Shown: positions 23,901 through 35,357 of the stretch, one piece after another
How positions within the stretch are numbered: position 1 is the stretch's first letter
Layout of the letters: the number at the start of each line of letters is the position of its first letter
Assembly (NCBI GenBank): GCA_950097015.1
Contig: CATNEN010000033.1
Coordinates: forward strand, 1,736,001 to 1,800,000
DNA: 64,000 nt
Direction: 5' to 3'
From: Macrostomum hystrix
Taxonomy: Eukaryota > Animalia > Platyhelminthes
Position numbers and translations under genes: made by a program
Notes under the pieces: model-generated
The model's database searches: none
Told to the model about the DNA's origin: nothing
What the model saw: only the letters and a program-made list of their open reading frames with translations

Positions 23901-25549
23901 CTGCAGGACCCGGTGATCAATGATGCGGTCACAATGACGCTCCAGGGGTGGCCTAACTCCATCAAGCAGCTGAAGCCGGAGCTACAGCCGTTCTGGAGGA
24001 TGCGGACGCAACTGGCGCTCTGGAATGACGGCAAGTGCCTGGCCAACGGCACCCGAGCAGTAATCCCCGCATCCCTGAGGGAGAAGACGCTGCAGCTGGC
24101 GCATTTCGGGCACCTCGGCGTGAGCAAAATGAAGCAGCATTGCCGGGACGCAGTCTGGTGGCCGCAAATCGATCAGCATATCGAGGAATTTGTGCGACAT
24201 TGCGAGGCCTGCCTGCTTAGCGAGAAGAACTTTAAGCCACCCAAGACGGTCCTGACCCCTACGAAGTGGCCGACGCGTCCATGGGAGGAACTCCAGCTCG
24301 ACATCTTCGGGGAGCTGCACTCTGCACCGAACTCCTGTCGCTTCATCCTGGTGCTGTACGATTTGCATTCAAAGTGGCCGGAGGCTGCCTGCATGTCGAC
24401 TGTCACAAGCGCGGATGTCATCGACGCCCTGACAACGTGGTTTAGCCGCTGGGGCCTGCCGAAGAGCATTAAAACAGACGGAGGTCCGCAGTTCGTGTCC
24501 GGCGATTTCGAGGATTTTCTTCAGCGCTGCGGCATCCGGCACCGGCAGTCACCGCACTACCACCCCCAGGGCAACGCGGCCGTAGAGCGCTTCAACCGTT
24601 TTCTCAAGGACGGCCTAAAGACGCACCTAGAGGAGGGCTACGACTTCAAGGACGCGGTGAAGACGCTGCTGTGGTCGTACAGGGCCACCCCACATGCACT
24701 GACTGGAGTGTCACCGGCGGAGCTCATGACAGGCCGGAAGATCAGCACCCCGTTGACAGCTCTGCAGCCAAGGACAACAGCGCGGCACAGACTGGCGGCC
24801 AGCATCAAGCGGAGGCAGCAGCGCGTTTTCGATCAGCTCAACACGACCCGGAGGCCGCCGCCCACGTTCATAGTCGGCGACTGGGTGCGCGTGAAGCGGC
24901 CGTTCGCCCGCGGCAAGCTGAGCAGCCGCCTGTCCGAGCCACGGCAGATCTCCCGGATTGCGAGCGCGACCACCGTCATCCTCAGCGATGGCTCCCGCTG
25001 GCACGTCGACAACTGCGTCCGGGTACCGCGGCCAGCCGGAGCGCTGCCGCACTGGCCAGCGCCGGCTCCCAGCGCAGCCGGGACAGCCGCGGAGGCGGCG
25101 ACGGCGGCAGACCCAGCGAGACAGCAGCAGCCAGCCCAGACAGCGATCCGAGTGAGCTCAAGGCCACGAGCGCCGCCGCAATGGTACGGTGAAATCGTGA
25201 CTCACTGACTCGTTTATTAGTGACGGTTATTCAGCTGTTATTAGCGATCAGCTGTTTCGATTTAATTCTCTTTGAAGTACCTGTTGCATAAAAAGATCAT
25301 TTTACTCCTTCGATGCTTGGTAATGCACTTTTATTTCCTGCTCAATATTTGCATAATTATTTTCGTTGCTCTATCCTTTGAAAGGGAAGGTGAATGTTGT
25401 GCAGTTGATTAATGCACGTACATAGTTCGTACATGTACACCTCTGATATCGATTGGCGCAGAATATATATAGTCCAAATACTGAGAGCCAACTTGGCGTG
25501 AAAGTTTCGGATACTAACTTGGCTGACTCGCTACTATTCATTTACAACA
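20927..25549 (+). mobile_element. Full-length, apparently intact Ty3/Gypsy LTR retrotransposon (Mag/K02A2.6-like), 4623 bp
   Basis: Identical 155-bp LTRs (20927-21081, 25395-25549) with TG..CA ends. 5-bp TSD CTTCT at 20922-20926 and 25550-25554. PBS-like TGGCGTCGCAAGC at 21083-21095. PPT AAAGGGAAGGTGAA at 25381-25394. Confidence 0.97.
21213..25208 (+). CDS. Single-ORF gag-pol polyprotein, 1331 aa
   Basis: Gag (WKEWKALFENYL..ALLLHCLG), Zn knuckles (CSKCGGGH..C, CHVCGKANH..C), protease LVDSGA, RT YIDDI, RNase H ACDSS..ERE..TDH, HHCC zinc finger, and integrase (LDIF, TDGG, ERFN), in Gypsy domain order. Confidence 0.96.
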   Translation: MTSDSNSAEAPRISVSPPDQFLPQPGRPARPWKEWKALFENYLLAAGYDTLPEARRRALLLHCLGAEGQRVFAAVAATKRPSPTELAATVAILDEQFGAKVNVVAERHKFRQRSQRPGEKIADFVAALYALAGSCEFRDMMEEMIRDQIVEKVSDRRIRERLLIEDGLTLQKAVTLSQQWETSIAEASAIETEGAAAAGAQLEEEVKRVRLQPDRKNTGQGRPDRESCSKCGGGHNRRARCPAEGKSCHVCGKANHFGRMCRSQGAKVAEVMDESGQAVYMVRGAASPDIRCRLKVHGIWLNLLVDSGAKVSILSERTFRKLGNRSPLQPSTKKLIAYNGKAIDVVGEAVLSVSYRGQLVPFFCFTVVRQGSDIMGTDLMQHLSFQVVDKDGDLVRTVEKTAELPVWLAERFKPLTQGLGRIRGFEHRPRLNPAVPPVAQSLRRIPLSIKDKVQAEIDQLLEDDIIEEIQASEWISNLVIVPKPDGKIRVCNDLRCPNKAIVPDKQPLPTFEELTTEFKGSTVFTKLDLNSSYLQLELAEDRRDLTAFITEKGLYRYKRVCYGLNSAPAAFQKVLSKILHGCSGTLHYIDDIVVHAANEAEHLRRLTTVLDKLLAHGVTLNASKCQWAAETVQFLGYIVSARGLQPMQSNVEDIEAVPEPQNAEAVASFLGMVKFYSNFLHNLSDIAEPLLLLLRKEQPWNWTTDCQKAFWRLKKMVVSPTCLRFFSPDDKIIVACDSSAHALGAVLMQDDSAGVRRPVAFASRTLSATERKYSASEREALACIFACERWHYFLFGRRFELHTDHQALTTLLTAQGSGHRPLRLHRWADRLLAYDFQVCHVPGKKNIVPDFLSRHGALGAKCPRQSEEDSTELKVNAVLLSGALEIVSPSELAEASLQDPVINDAVTMTLQGWPNSIKQLKPELQPFWRMRTQLALWNDGKCLANGTRAVIPASLREKTLQLAHFGHLGVSKMKQHCRDAVWWPQIDQHIEEFVRHCEACLLSEKNFKPPKTVLTPTKWPTRPWEELQLDIFGELHSAPNSCRFILVLYDLHSKWPEAACMSTVTSADVIDALTTWFSRWGLPKSIKTDGGPQFVSGDFEDFLQRCGIRHRQSPHYHPQGNAAVERFNRFLKDGLKTHLEEGYDFKDAVKTLLWSYRATPHALTGVSPAELMTGRKISTPLTALQPRTTARHRLAASIKRRQQRVFDQLNTTRRPPPTFIVGDWVRVKRPFARGKLSSRLSEPRQISRIASATTVILSDGSRWHVDNCVRVPRPAGALPHWPAPAPSAAGTAAEAATAADPARQQQPAQTAIRVSSRPRAPPQWYGEIVTH

Positions 25550-27945
25550 CTTCTCACAGTGTGAGGCAAATTGCGGAGAACGATAAAAAGTCACTGCAAA
25601 AACACACTTTCTTTTATAGAGTCATGTTAACCACAAATTAGGTCGATCGGCAAGGTGGATGCCTGGCTGTAGCTTGAGCCAAGGCGACAAATCACAGTAG
25701 ACTCGCGACCGCCGTTCGGAGCCCCGGGGTTGCTTCTTGCTGAGGGTCGACAGGTAGTGAGGCCGGGTCGTTCGCTGATTGGCCGGGACTGTAGCCCAGG
25801 GGTAGCGCTCGCGGGGTGGTGGGCGTCCGCTCCCCCCCGGCTGGTCCGCGGCTTGGCGTGAGTGACTTTAAGCTTAAAAAAATCCGCGTCTAAAAATACA
25901 CAATAAGCACTGAATAATAATAACACGGGGAGATAGAAGGACAACAAGCTGACACTACACGATGATCGGTGTGGGTTAGTGATAGATTCGCTCTTTTAAG
26001 AAATCCGAGTTATCATGTCGTTCAGGATGTTTTAGCGAGCACTTGCGTCTGTCGTACTGTAAGATTGTACCAAGTAGAACTTTTCCTGAGGTTTGGCTCT
26101 CTCTTTTCGCGAACACTGGTCTTCTCAGACACGAGATTCAATGTAGGCTCAATGGGCGGGTCATCCGGCATGCAGTGCGTAGGTCATGCGAGAAAGGTCC
26201 TGGACGTCCAGCCATGTGGACCTCTCACCTCAATTGCATTGGTCGAATGTTCAGTGACTCGGGCAACATCGTCCCTGCCAGTCCAGCCCGATGCAGTGTG
26301 CTGGCAGTTCAGCGATTCCCTCAGCGATTGATTCGTGAATTTGCCATCCGTGGACAGTGGTTGGTGACATTCGCCACAATGGAGTCCAGAGTGTGCCGCC
26401 GGTCCATTCTGAAATAATCTGCCGCTTTAAATGGCTGATTAAGTAAGTCAGTAAGTAAAAATATAAATAATAAGTTCTAATGCTTGCATTCGTCCGGCGG
26501 TTGGCGCCGCAGATTTAGTAAATTAATGGAAGGCAGCGCCCATGATCATGCGACGCCGTGACAACCTTCACGGGACGATTCTTGATTTTTATTCAAGCAT
26601 TTTTAGTTTTCGTGCTCCGCTCATCTCTGTACACTAACATTTCATTGCCATCGCGTAGTTCAAGACGAATCTCTCGGCCTCTCTTTAGACTGTGAAGCTG
26701 TCCAATCACGAAGCGCAAAGTTTTTTATGCAGAACACAAGCGTATGCAGCAGTATCTTGGATTTTCTCCAGTGCCAAGGACTTTCTTGTCCCAAAACTCA
26801 TTCTCTATGTTGAACGGGATTGAAAGATTGAAAGCAAAAGCAAAAGGACCAAGTCATCCTTCATATTGAATTCGAAATTGCTACTCTTACAGATTCTACT
26901 TATTTGTCTCTCTGTTTCTGAAAATTTGTGTCTATGGAAGATATTGGAAGACTGTGCCTTTTACTTCCGATATCTGTAAATGAAGTTCAATATGTGTCAT
27001 TTCTTTTGTTTCCTATGGCAGAGAAAGGCCAAGGACGCGTTTCTCTGAAACCGCTGTTCTTAGAACAACGTGTCCGAGATTTTTTCGCCATAGTGTTGTG
27101 TTCTTGTCACACGTTGTGTAGTAGAATGAATATCTTGGATGAATATTATATTATATATTTATATCATTCATTATATTATTATGTTGCCAATATATAAGAT
27201 ACAATAGTTATATTAGTCATCCATAGGAAATAAACATTATAAATGAGCAAGCCCTTAGGTAGACAACAACTGTTTAGGTTGTAGTTAGCGGACGCAGAAT
27301 TCAGTCACACGTTTGCTGCTGTGCACTAACGTGTTCGTTAGGCTTTTTCCTTTCGTCTCTCCTAACGCTATATTTCCTTTCTCGCATCTCTGCTCAAGTA
27401 TAGACAGGATCAGCTCACATTTGGTCATCAACAAAAGTCCTATCAGATGCACATGATTAAGTAGCAATTCAAATTAATAAAGCAAGTGTCAACTCAACAC
27501 AACCAAACCGATTTTTAAGAAAGTTATTGGTGGCTTGCAATCTTCACAAGAGAGTCGGCCGATGAATCCAGCAATTTATAGCTGCCGAAATTTTGGCTGA
27601 CAAGGCTCAGTGCTAATTGAGGTGGATTGTCGATCTCTTCGTAAACATGTGGATGGTGGTGCAATCTTTGCCGAGAGCGACATGCGCCCGACAGAACCAG
27701 CCCTGTGCACTAAAATCGTGCCTGCGTGCCTGAATTTCTGTACGTTCGGTTTGTTATTAAAGCCACCTCGCTGGTGAATTTCTTCATTTAGGTGCTCCGA
27801 AGGGTCCTGACATAAACGATACGTCGGTAGATACTTGAAACACGTAATCGGTTGTTGGAAGATGTCTGCAATAAGTGCTTTGCTGTAATGCTGTAGTGCT
27901 GTAACTCAGTCTTTTGAGTGCGTTAATTGTCTATGGCAACAGCGA

Positions 27946-28120
27946 TTGCAGAGGAGCAGAAGTCTTGTTCGGACGGCAGAGTTGCTCCATCCGGGAGCGG
28001 CATGCTGGTAGCCAAGGCCGGTGGTGGAATGTTGCAGAGGAGCAGAAGTCTTGTTCGGACGGCAGAGTTGCTCTATCCGGGAGCGGCATGCTGGTAGCCA
28101 AGGCCGGTGGTGGAATGTTG
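27946..28120. repeat. Two-copy 86-bp tandem duplication
   Basis: ttgcagaggagcagaagtc...gtggtggaatg occurs at 27946 and again at 28032, nearly identical. Confidence 0.9.
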
Positions 28121-28648
28121 ACAGCCGCTGAGAGAAATTCACGAAGTTCGTTTCGGCATTCTTCTGGAGAGTCGCCATTCACTTTGTCGTATATTTGTCA
28201 ATTTATAATATATTCAAGCATGACTGCTGTATACCTTAGGCACGTGCGTATTTTCATTCTATTTTTTCTGTAATTTAATTTTGTAACAGAAAGACTTGAT
28301 TTATTTAACATAGCAAACATATTTTATTTAAATAATTAAGGAGTACATATGCAACTGTATATGCAGCTATATAAACATCATGCTTGGAAAAATGTCTGAA
28401 TAAAATGTTGTTTTTATTATACAATATTTTGTACTCGCTTCAGCTTCTAAGGTGAGCTTGGTCTGTAAAAGTATTTTAAAACGTTTTAACTGCACATATA
28501 CTTAGCTCTAGTACGATTTAAATGATATTAAGATATCAAATCTTTATGCGTCATAATACACAGATAAGCCTCAGTAGAGTATTTTGCTTTTAATAAACTG
28601 AAAAAGTATCAGCCGTTCAAATTAAAAACAAATTTACTGCGCTTAAAT

Positions 28649-28954
28649 CCGTTCGTGCTCGTGTCCGCGGCGTTCGGCCTCACCTCCGGCCTGTTCGTGA
28701 GCCAGCTCTACTGCGTGCTTGGCGACCTGATCGGTCGGTAGCGCTGCCGCACCGGCATCGGCCTGCTGATTCTGTGCCGCCGTCCGCCGTTGGCTGGAGC
28801 TCTGAAGGACGCCACCGGCTCCTACCGGTTGTCCTTCTGCGCCCTCGGGCTGTTCATTTTCCTGGGCTTTGTCTGTCTGTGCGCGCTGGATGTCGCGCTG
28901 ACGTTCCTACGGTGACGTCGACGGAGTCCTGACCTGGCCATTGAGATTTCCTAA
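28649..28954 (+). pseudogene. Orphan SLC16/MCT exon-3 fragment
   Basis: Starts mid-exon (PFVLVSAAFG). It has GAG->TAG in the GRERC motif, a deletion in GVGVAIG and a further TGA before the DLAIEIS* tail. No upstream exons. Confidence 0.9.
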
Positions 28955-29852
28955 CTATATTTTTAATGCGTATTTTCACGAATCTCTTTTTTGTCAGTTC
29001 GTGCAAAATCTTGAACCCAAAAAGCAGTTTATTTATTTAACAGTGTTTAAACAATACATAGCGTTAATTCAGACAGGATCGATGAAATCTCTGAGTAAAT
29101 CCAGACGAAATGAGGTCATGTTTTCAATTGCCCTCGGAGGAAGTTGTGAAATCGCGTAAATGTATTCTGGGGCGTCTGGTGTTTCTGCTTGAAGTGCTTG
29201 CTTTTTAGACTGTGGACAGTCGCGTGTTAGTTTTCTTTTTTATCCAACCTGATTAAGCGCATCGTTTTTTTATTTTTTATTTGTTGGATTGCTACACGGT
29301 ATTCTCAGTCTCTTTCGCTTTACTTTATCCAGAAAGTCTTCCGGAATATGTGACTTCGTTAAAAAACCGATGTCAAAAAATGGGAAAAATATATATTATC
29401 TTTTTATAAAAAATTACAATGAAAATGGTTTGTTGGCAATGACAACTTTGCAGTTTACCGTGCGTTCTGTGCTCTTCAAAAAATCCCAGAGACCTACATG
29501 AACATGGGCTGGGGAGATTGTCGGACACTGTAGGGCATTAGCTAAAAGTCGTCCGAAGCATTGTTCCCTTATCAGTTCTTTGCCTGCAACTCGCTGTAGT
29601 GTAATTAGCAGCAACAAGCCATTTCCAAAAGGCCACAACTTCTTCAGCGCCAGGCACACCACTTTGTAGATAATGACAGTACAGCCTCATAAATGCAGCA
29701 ATAGAGCGTTGAGCAATACTCGTACTTGTACAACTGATTGGGTAGCGAGCTGCCCGCTTGTAGCTCGTACAAACAGCAATATATCTTTCAAGTTCTCAGT
29801 GTTCCTAATAACAACTGAAGGCCCTTAAGACTGTCTTGACACGTGAAGTTCG

Positions 29853-32615
29853 ATGGCGGGCAGCTCTAGTGCACCAGACGGTGGCTGGGGCTGGATGGTT
29901 CTGTTGGCGGCTCACAGCATGCACTTTCTAGTTGGCGGTCTGGACAGAGCGTCCGGTGTGTTCTACCGCGAAATTCTCAGAGAGCTGCGGCAGTCTTCCG
30001 CGTCAACTGCCGGCTTCAGCGCTCCTGATGTTCTCGTCCAGGTATCTCATAGGTAAGGGGATAACTTGAATACTAAATACAGTTCAGCGTCTGCGATTTC
30101 GAGTCAGTACAAGGAACGGAATGGCCTCTCAATGCTGCTAAGATGATTTCAACAAAGAACGAAAGCGGCCAAAAATAGGTGGAGAATAGTTCAAACGACT
30201 CTGCCGATCCAATGGGTACGCCATATCTTGAAGAGAGTAAAACAGGCCCAGAAACAAAAATTTACAGGTCCCACAGCTGGAGTGCTCTGCAAGTACTTCG
30301 GGTGCCGCAGGGTCATGATGACGGGCGGAGTTCTGGCTTGTCTCGGCGTGCTGCTGAGCTCGTTCTGTCGGAGCATGGCACTCATCTACCTGACCCTCGG
30401 CTTCATGACGGGAGTCGGAAACGGACTGGCCTACACCTCAGGCTTGCTGGCTCTAAACGACTACTTCAGTCGTCGCAAGGCCACCGCTCTCGGCATCGCG
30501 ACTGCGGGCACCGGAGTCGGCAGCTTCGTGCTGCCCCTGCTCACCCAGTATCTCATCCAGGAGTACTCATTCCGCGGCTGCATGCTCATCCTGAGCGGAC
30601 TGTCGCTCAACCTGACCGTGTGCGGAGCGCTGCTGTACCCGCTGCCGCAGCCACCAGTCACTGGCAAGGCGGCTGACGCGGTGGCACTGAAAGATTCAGC
30701 AGAGACCAACGGAAATCTGTGCGAAATTTCTGATGAGAAAACACGGCTGAATGGCGAAGAGTCAGGCACGGCTGCTGTGCAGGCTTCAGAGACTTCAGTA
30801 GCTGACTCTGCCATTCGTCAGTTCCTTGCCCAGATTTGGTCTAGCTTTGACCTGAAACTGTTTCTAGAGCCTAAGTTCAGTGCATTGGCGGCAGCGGCCC
30901 TTTGCATTTCAGCAGGCTTCAAGCCCGTGGCAGTTGTGCTGCCGCATCACGCCCAGCTGATGAGTCTGGGGACCACCACCTCCGTGCTGCTTATCTCGAT
31001 TTCAGGTGAGGCAATGCAATCCAGCCTTACTGGCTAATTTTTTATGCTGATCTTAATAATAATAATAATTGCAGGGCAGCTGCGGGCAATGGCACATCAT
31101 TCGGTGACACTAGACCCGCAGCCAGCGAGGAGGCAATTCTGCCACTTTCGCTGACTCCTGAGCACACGCACACAGATACCGCACGCAGGCACACGCTCAC
31201 ACAGGGGTGTACATCTGCCCTGACTTTCTCATCGTCAGGTAGTGTTCACTTTCACTGTGCATTGTAGGTGGGCCCTCAATGGTGTAAATTGCACGACAAG
31301 CCCCCAAGCCTTCTCTCTGCGGCTGCACCCCAATTTAATTTGGCCTTGCCGCGGTATCGAGCTTACGGACCTTGGTGCGAGAGGCAAATGCGTTAGACCG
31401 CTCAGCCACACTCACCCCGCCACACTATGCTGATCTTATTTGATGCTTATTTTTCTACTAGAAAGTCTTCCCTAAACTTTTCATGAAAATCCGCTTCCTG
31501 AGACCTCCTGCAGCGACAAGATATTCAACTGTCGCATTTGCTAGTCTTTGTTTGCTGAGTTGTGAAGCAAATGACAGAGAAGTGTACTGACAGCTTGCAC
31601 GACTTTCGCCAATGAATTGAATGTTATGACTCACAGAAAATGCACTCGCAGTGTTCTTGCACTGCTTTATGTAAAATCATTACTCCACTCTTGTTGGGTA
31701 TAAGGGACAGATATATTTTCTTCACAATAAATGCTTTTAAGCAATGCTTTACTCTTATTGACATTTATTGGTTGACATTAATTAGCATTTAAGACTAGCA
31801 GAAAAGCTATTTACATTTTAAAAACGATCTTTTTTGTCCTCCGTGTGCCTCAGGCCCATTGGTCTTCCGCTTGCTGCTATTTTCGCTTAGTCACAAAAGT
31901 TCGTCCTTGCAAGATTCGGTTTCATGGTTAGGTGCGCACTGCATGTGCCTATGCATTGCATGCGTATCAGAAAAAGTATTTTTTGCTTTTTTTGAATTTT
32001 TTGATACCACATTGTTAGAAGCTACTAGAAGTAGAATATTAAAAAAGACATGTTTGCGTAAGATAAGTAATTTCAACACAAAATTTCATAGCCACAGTCG
32101 GAAACATTTCTTTGCTAATAAATGCTCTACTTGCCCGCACAGGCGCCTGCGACACGCTGTCCCGCTTCTCCCTCGGCCTGCTGTTCGACATTCCCCGCCT
32201 GCTGCCGTATCGGAGACGCATCTGGAGCTTCGGCATGCTGCTCACCGCGGCCAGCGTCACCACCTTCGCGTTCATGCACAGCCTGGCACCGTTCGTGCTC
32301 GTGTCCGCGGCGTTCGGCCTCACCTCCGGCCTGTTCGTGAGCCAGCTCTACTGCGTGCTCGGCGACCTGATCGGTCGGGAGCGCTGCCGCACCGGCATCG
32401 GCCTGCTGATTCTGTGCCGCGGCGTCGGCGTGGCCATCGGTCCGCCGTTGGCTGGAACTCTGAAGGACGCCACCGGCTCCTACCAGTTGTCCTTCTGCGC
32501 CCTCGGGCTGTTCATTTTCCTGGGCTTTGTCTGTCTGTGCGCGCTGGATGTCGCGCTGACGTTCCTAGGCCAGCGACGTCCTCGAAGACACGAGGCTGCT
32601 TCGGTTGCAGTTTGA
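29853..32615 (+). CDS. SLC16/MCT paralog 2; exons 29853-30052, 30268-31005, 32143-32615; one extra C at ~30024
   Basis: APDGGWGW start. Removing one C restores ALMFSSRYLIG|gtaag. Exons 2 and 3 are open, with the conserved intron positions and phases. Confidence 0.88.
31056..31425 (-). mobile_element. tRNA-derived SINE (370 bp) in intron 2 of MCT paralog 2
   Basis: Box A-like TGGCTGAGCGGT, box B-like AGCTCGATACC and a (TTA)n 3' tail. 13-bp TSD TATGCTGATCTTA at 31043-31055 and 31426-31438. Homologous copies at 41021 and 63835. Confidence 0.85.
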
Positions 32616-33456
32616 GCAAATTCAACTAGGCTCTGTGTGCGGAGGTCCTTAGAATCCTTCTAACTAAGGACTTTGTTCCTTCATGCAGCTTTGCTCGATT
32701 GCTTCTTGACTGACGCGTCTCGGAAATAATTAATAATTATTTCAGTGATTCCTTTGTGATTGTGATTTCTTTCATAGCTACAACCACTGCGAGGCGTGTT
32801 TTTTGTAGTACCTCGTAGTAGGTTAGTTAGGTTATTAAATAAGAGCCTGAATGCGATGCAGTGCTGAATTTGTCAAATTGAGTCTCATGTGCACAAAAGG
32901 ATTGAAGTGATCAGAAAATTGGGAATTGGTTAGACTTCGGATGAGAAACAATCTCATTCCTTTATCGAAGTGCTTTAGCGGCACAGATCTACGTTTTCAC
33001 TTCTGTGGATATACTGCCCAGCTTGACAAGGCTTACGACTTTCAATTGGCCACTGTGTCACTGTGTACTTTTTAGTCTATTAACTGATAGTCGACCTCTA
33101 AAGATCACGCGCCTAATTCGTGTTTAGATAATTAGACTCTGGTTGGTGACTGAGTAAAATATGCCGCCGCGTTATCGCAGTCTCGTGGGTGACAGTGCAC
33201 TCTCAGAAACAAGCCTATTAACTCAACTTCAAAGTGAATGCTGCGGGTGAAAAAAATCTGCAACAGCGATAAAGGCGCTAACTGTTGAGTCCAGATAAAA
33301 CTGACGGTACCCACCCAGGCTAGCAGCGGATAGCCGGTGGCAAGCTGGAGCAGCCTCAAGTTCGAAAGCGATAGTCACCGAAACGATAAAGTGTGAGGTC
33401 AAGTCTTCAGAGCGAATCACAAATCAGCCACCAGAGTCGAGCCCCCAACGAACCGC

Positions 33457-35357
33457 ATGGCTCACGGCCAAGCACCCGACGGAGGCTGGGGCTGGATGGT
33501 ACTGCTGGCGGCGCACTGCATGCACATTTTAGCCGGCGGACTTGACAGGGCTTCCGGCGTGTTCTACCGAGAGATTCTCAAGGAGCTGCATCAGTCGTCC
33601 GCCTCTACTGCCGGATTCAGTGCTCTGCTGTTCGCATCCAGGTTCATGAGTGGTACGTGAGCTAATGTTCTTCGCTAGCTAAACTGCATGCTTTGTGCGA
33701 CTTCATGCAATAAAGCACATTTACTCTTCAGGTCCGATCACTGGCGTCCTGTGCAAATGCTTCGGCTGCCGCAAGGTCATGATGGCTGGTGGTGTCATCT
33801 CATTTCTCGGCGTTTTGCTCAGCTCTTTCTGTCACAGCTTGTACCTGATCTATCTGACCCTCGGCTTCATGACGGGACTCGGAAACGGACTGGCCTACAC
33901 CTCAGGCCTGCTGGCCGTAAACGACTACTTCAGCCGCCGCAAGGCCACCGCTCTCGGTCTGGCGACTGCGGGCACCGGAGTCGGCAGCTTCGTGCTGCCC
34001 ATGCTCACCCAGTATCTCATCCAGGAGTACACATTCCGCGGCTGCATGCTCATCTTGAGCGGACTGTCGCTCAACCTGACCGTGTGCGGAGCGCTGCTGT
34101 ACCCGCTGTCTGCGATTAAGGAAAATGCTGGTGAAAAAGATTTGGACGGCTCAAAGTGTGCTAATGGTGAGGGTACCAGAAGAGCGCTGCTCGATCCAGA
34201 GAAGTGCGATTTGACAGCTGCGAAGGCTGGCACGCTAGACAAAAGGTCCGTCGAAAATACTGGGGAGTCACTTCTGGGCCAGTCGATGACTACAGTGAAA
34301 AGTCCCAATTACAGCTCGACCGCAGATGGCGCATGCAGTCGATTTTGCTCCGAACTGTGGTCTAATTTTGACCTGCACCTGTTTCTGAATCCCTACTTCT
34401 GCATGCTGGCTGTGGCGACCCTGTTCATCTCCTCAGGGTTCAAGTCGGTGGCCGTGATCTTGCCACACCATGCACAGCTCAGGGGTTTGGACGCCATGAC
34501 TTCGGTTCTGCTGATCTCGGTCTCCGGTAAGCAATCGGTTCAGTGCCATGGCAATGCTTGTGTTCTTAAATCAAATACATTGTTGTTACGCGAGTAAATG
34601 TGGATATTTTTAGCTTCCAACTAGTTATAGAATGATATGGAAAAAAATTTAGACATCATTCGAAAAACTCAGAAGCCATTGTTAAAATAGCCTAAATTTA
34701 ATTTTACCGCAACCAGACATTACATGTAGAAGACATGACTTAAAAATGTTAACTGATAAGAGCCGCTGAGCGGTGAATGCGCGATACGCACAAATTCAGA
34801 GGCTCCACAATATACCTGGAGAAATGCGCCTGTCTGCACTTGTCTGAGCCTTGGATAAATTTCACTTTTGTCCAGGTGCTTGCGACACGCTGTCCAGATT
34901 CTCCGTGGGCCTCCTATTCGACATTCCGCTTCTGGTGCCGCACCGCAGACGCATCTGGACGCTCGGCATGCTGCTGACCGCATCCAGCATCGCAGCCTTC
35001 GCATTCATGCACAGCCTGGCACCGTTCGTTCTCGTTTCCGTGGCGTTCGGCCTCACCTCCGGCCTGTTCATGAGCCAGCTCTACTGCATGCTGATTGACT
35101 TGATCGGGCGAGACCGCTCGCGCACGGGCCTCGGCCTGCTGATCCTGTGCTTCGGTGTCGGCGTGGCCATCGGTCCGCCGCTAGCCGGAGCTCTGAAGGA
35201 CGCCACCGGGTCCTATCAGCTGTCATTCTGTGTTCTCGGGATGTCTACGTTCCTTGGCTTCATCTTTCTGTGCGCCCTGGATATTGCTCTGACCATTCGC
35301 AAGAGGCAGCGGGGAACGCAAAGCCCGAATCCAACTTTAGAAATATCTATGGGATAA
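33457..35357 (+). CDS. SLC16/MCT paralog 3, intact; exons 33457-33652, 33732-34526, 34876-35357
   Basis: APDGGWGW, conserved MFS motifs, GT-AG introns in matching phase and no disruptions. Confidence 0.92.

Noticed and set aside
21220-25192. Many overlapping and antisense ORFs within the Gypsy pol
   Set aside because: These are expected shadow ORFs of a GC-rich coding sequence, with no recognisable motifs.
25640-26420. Possible further LTR-retrotransposon tail on the minus strand
   Set aside because: Only vague resemblance to integrase C-terminal sequence, with no LTR pair or TSD.
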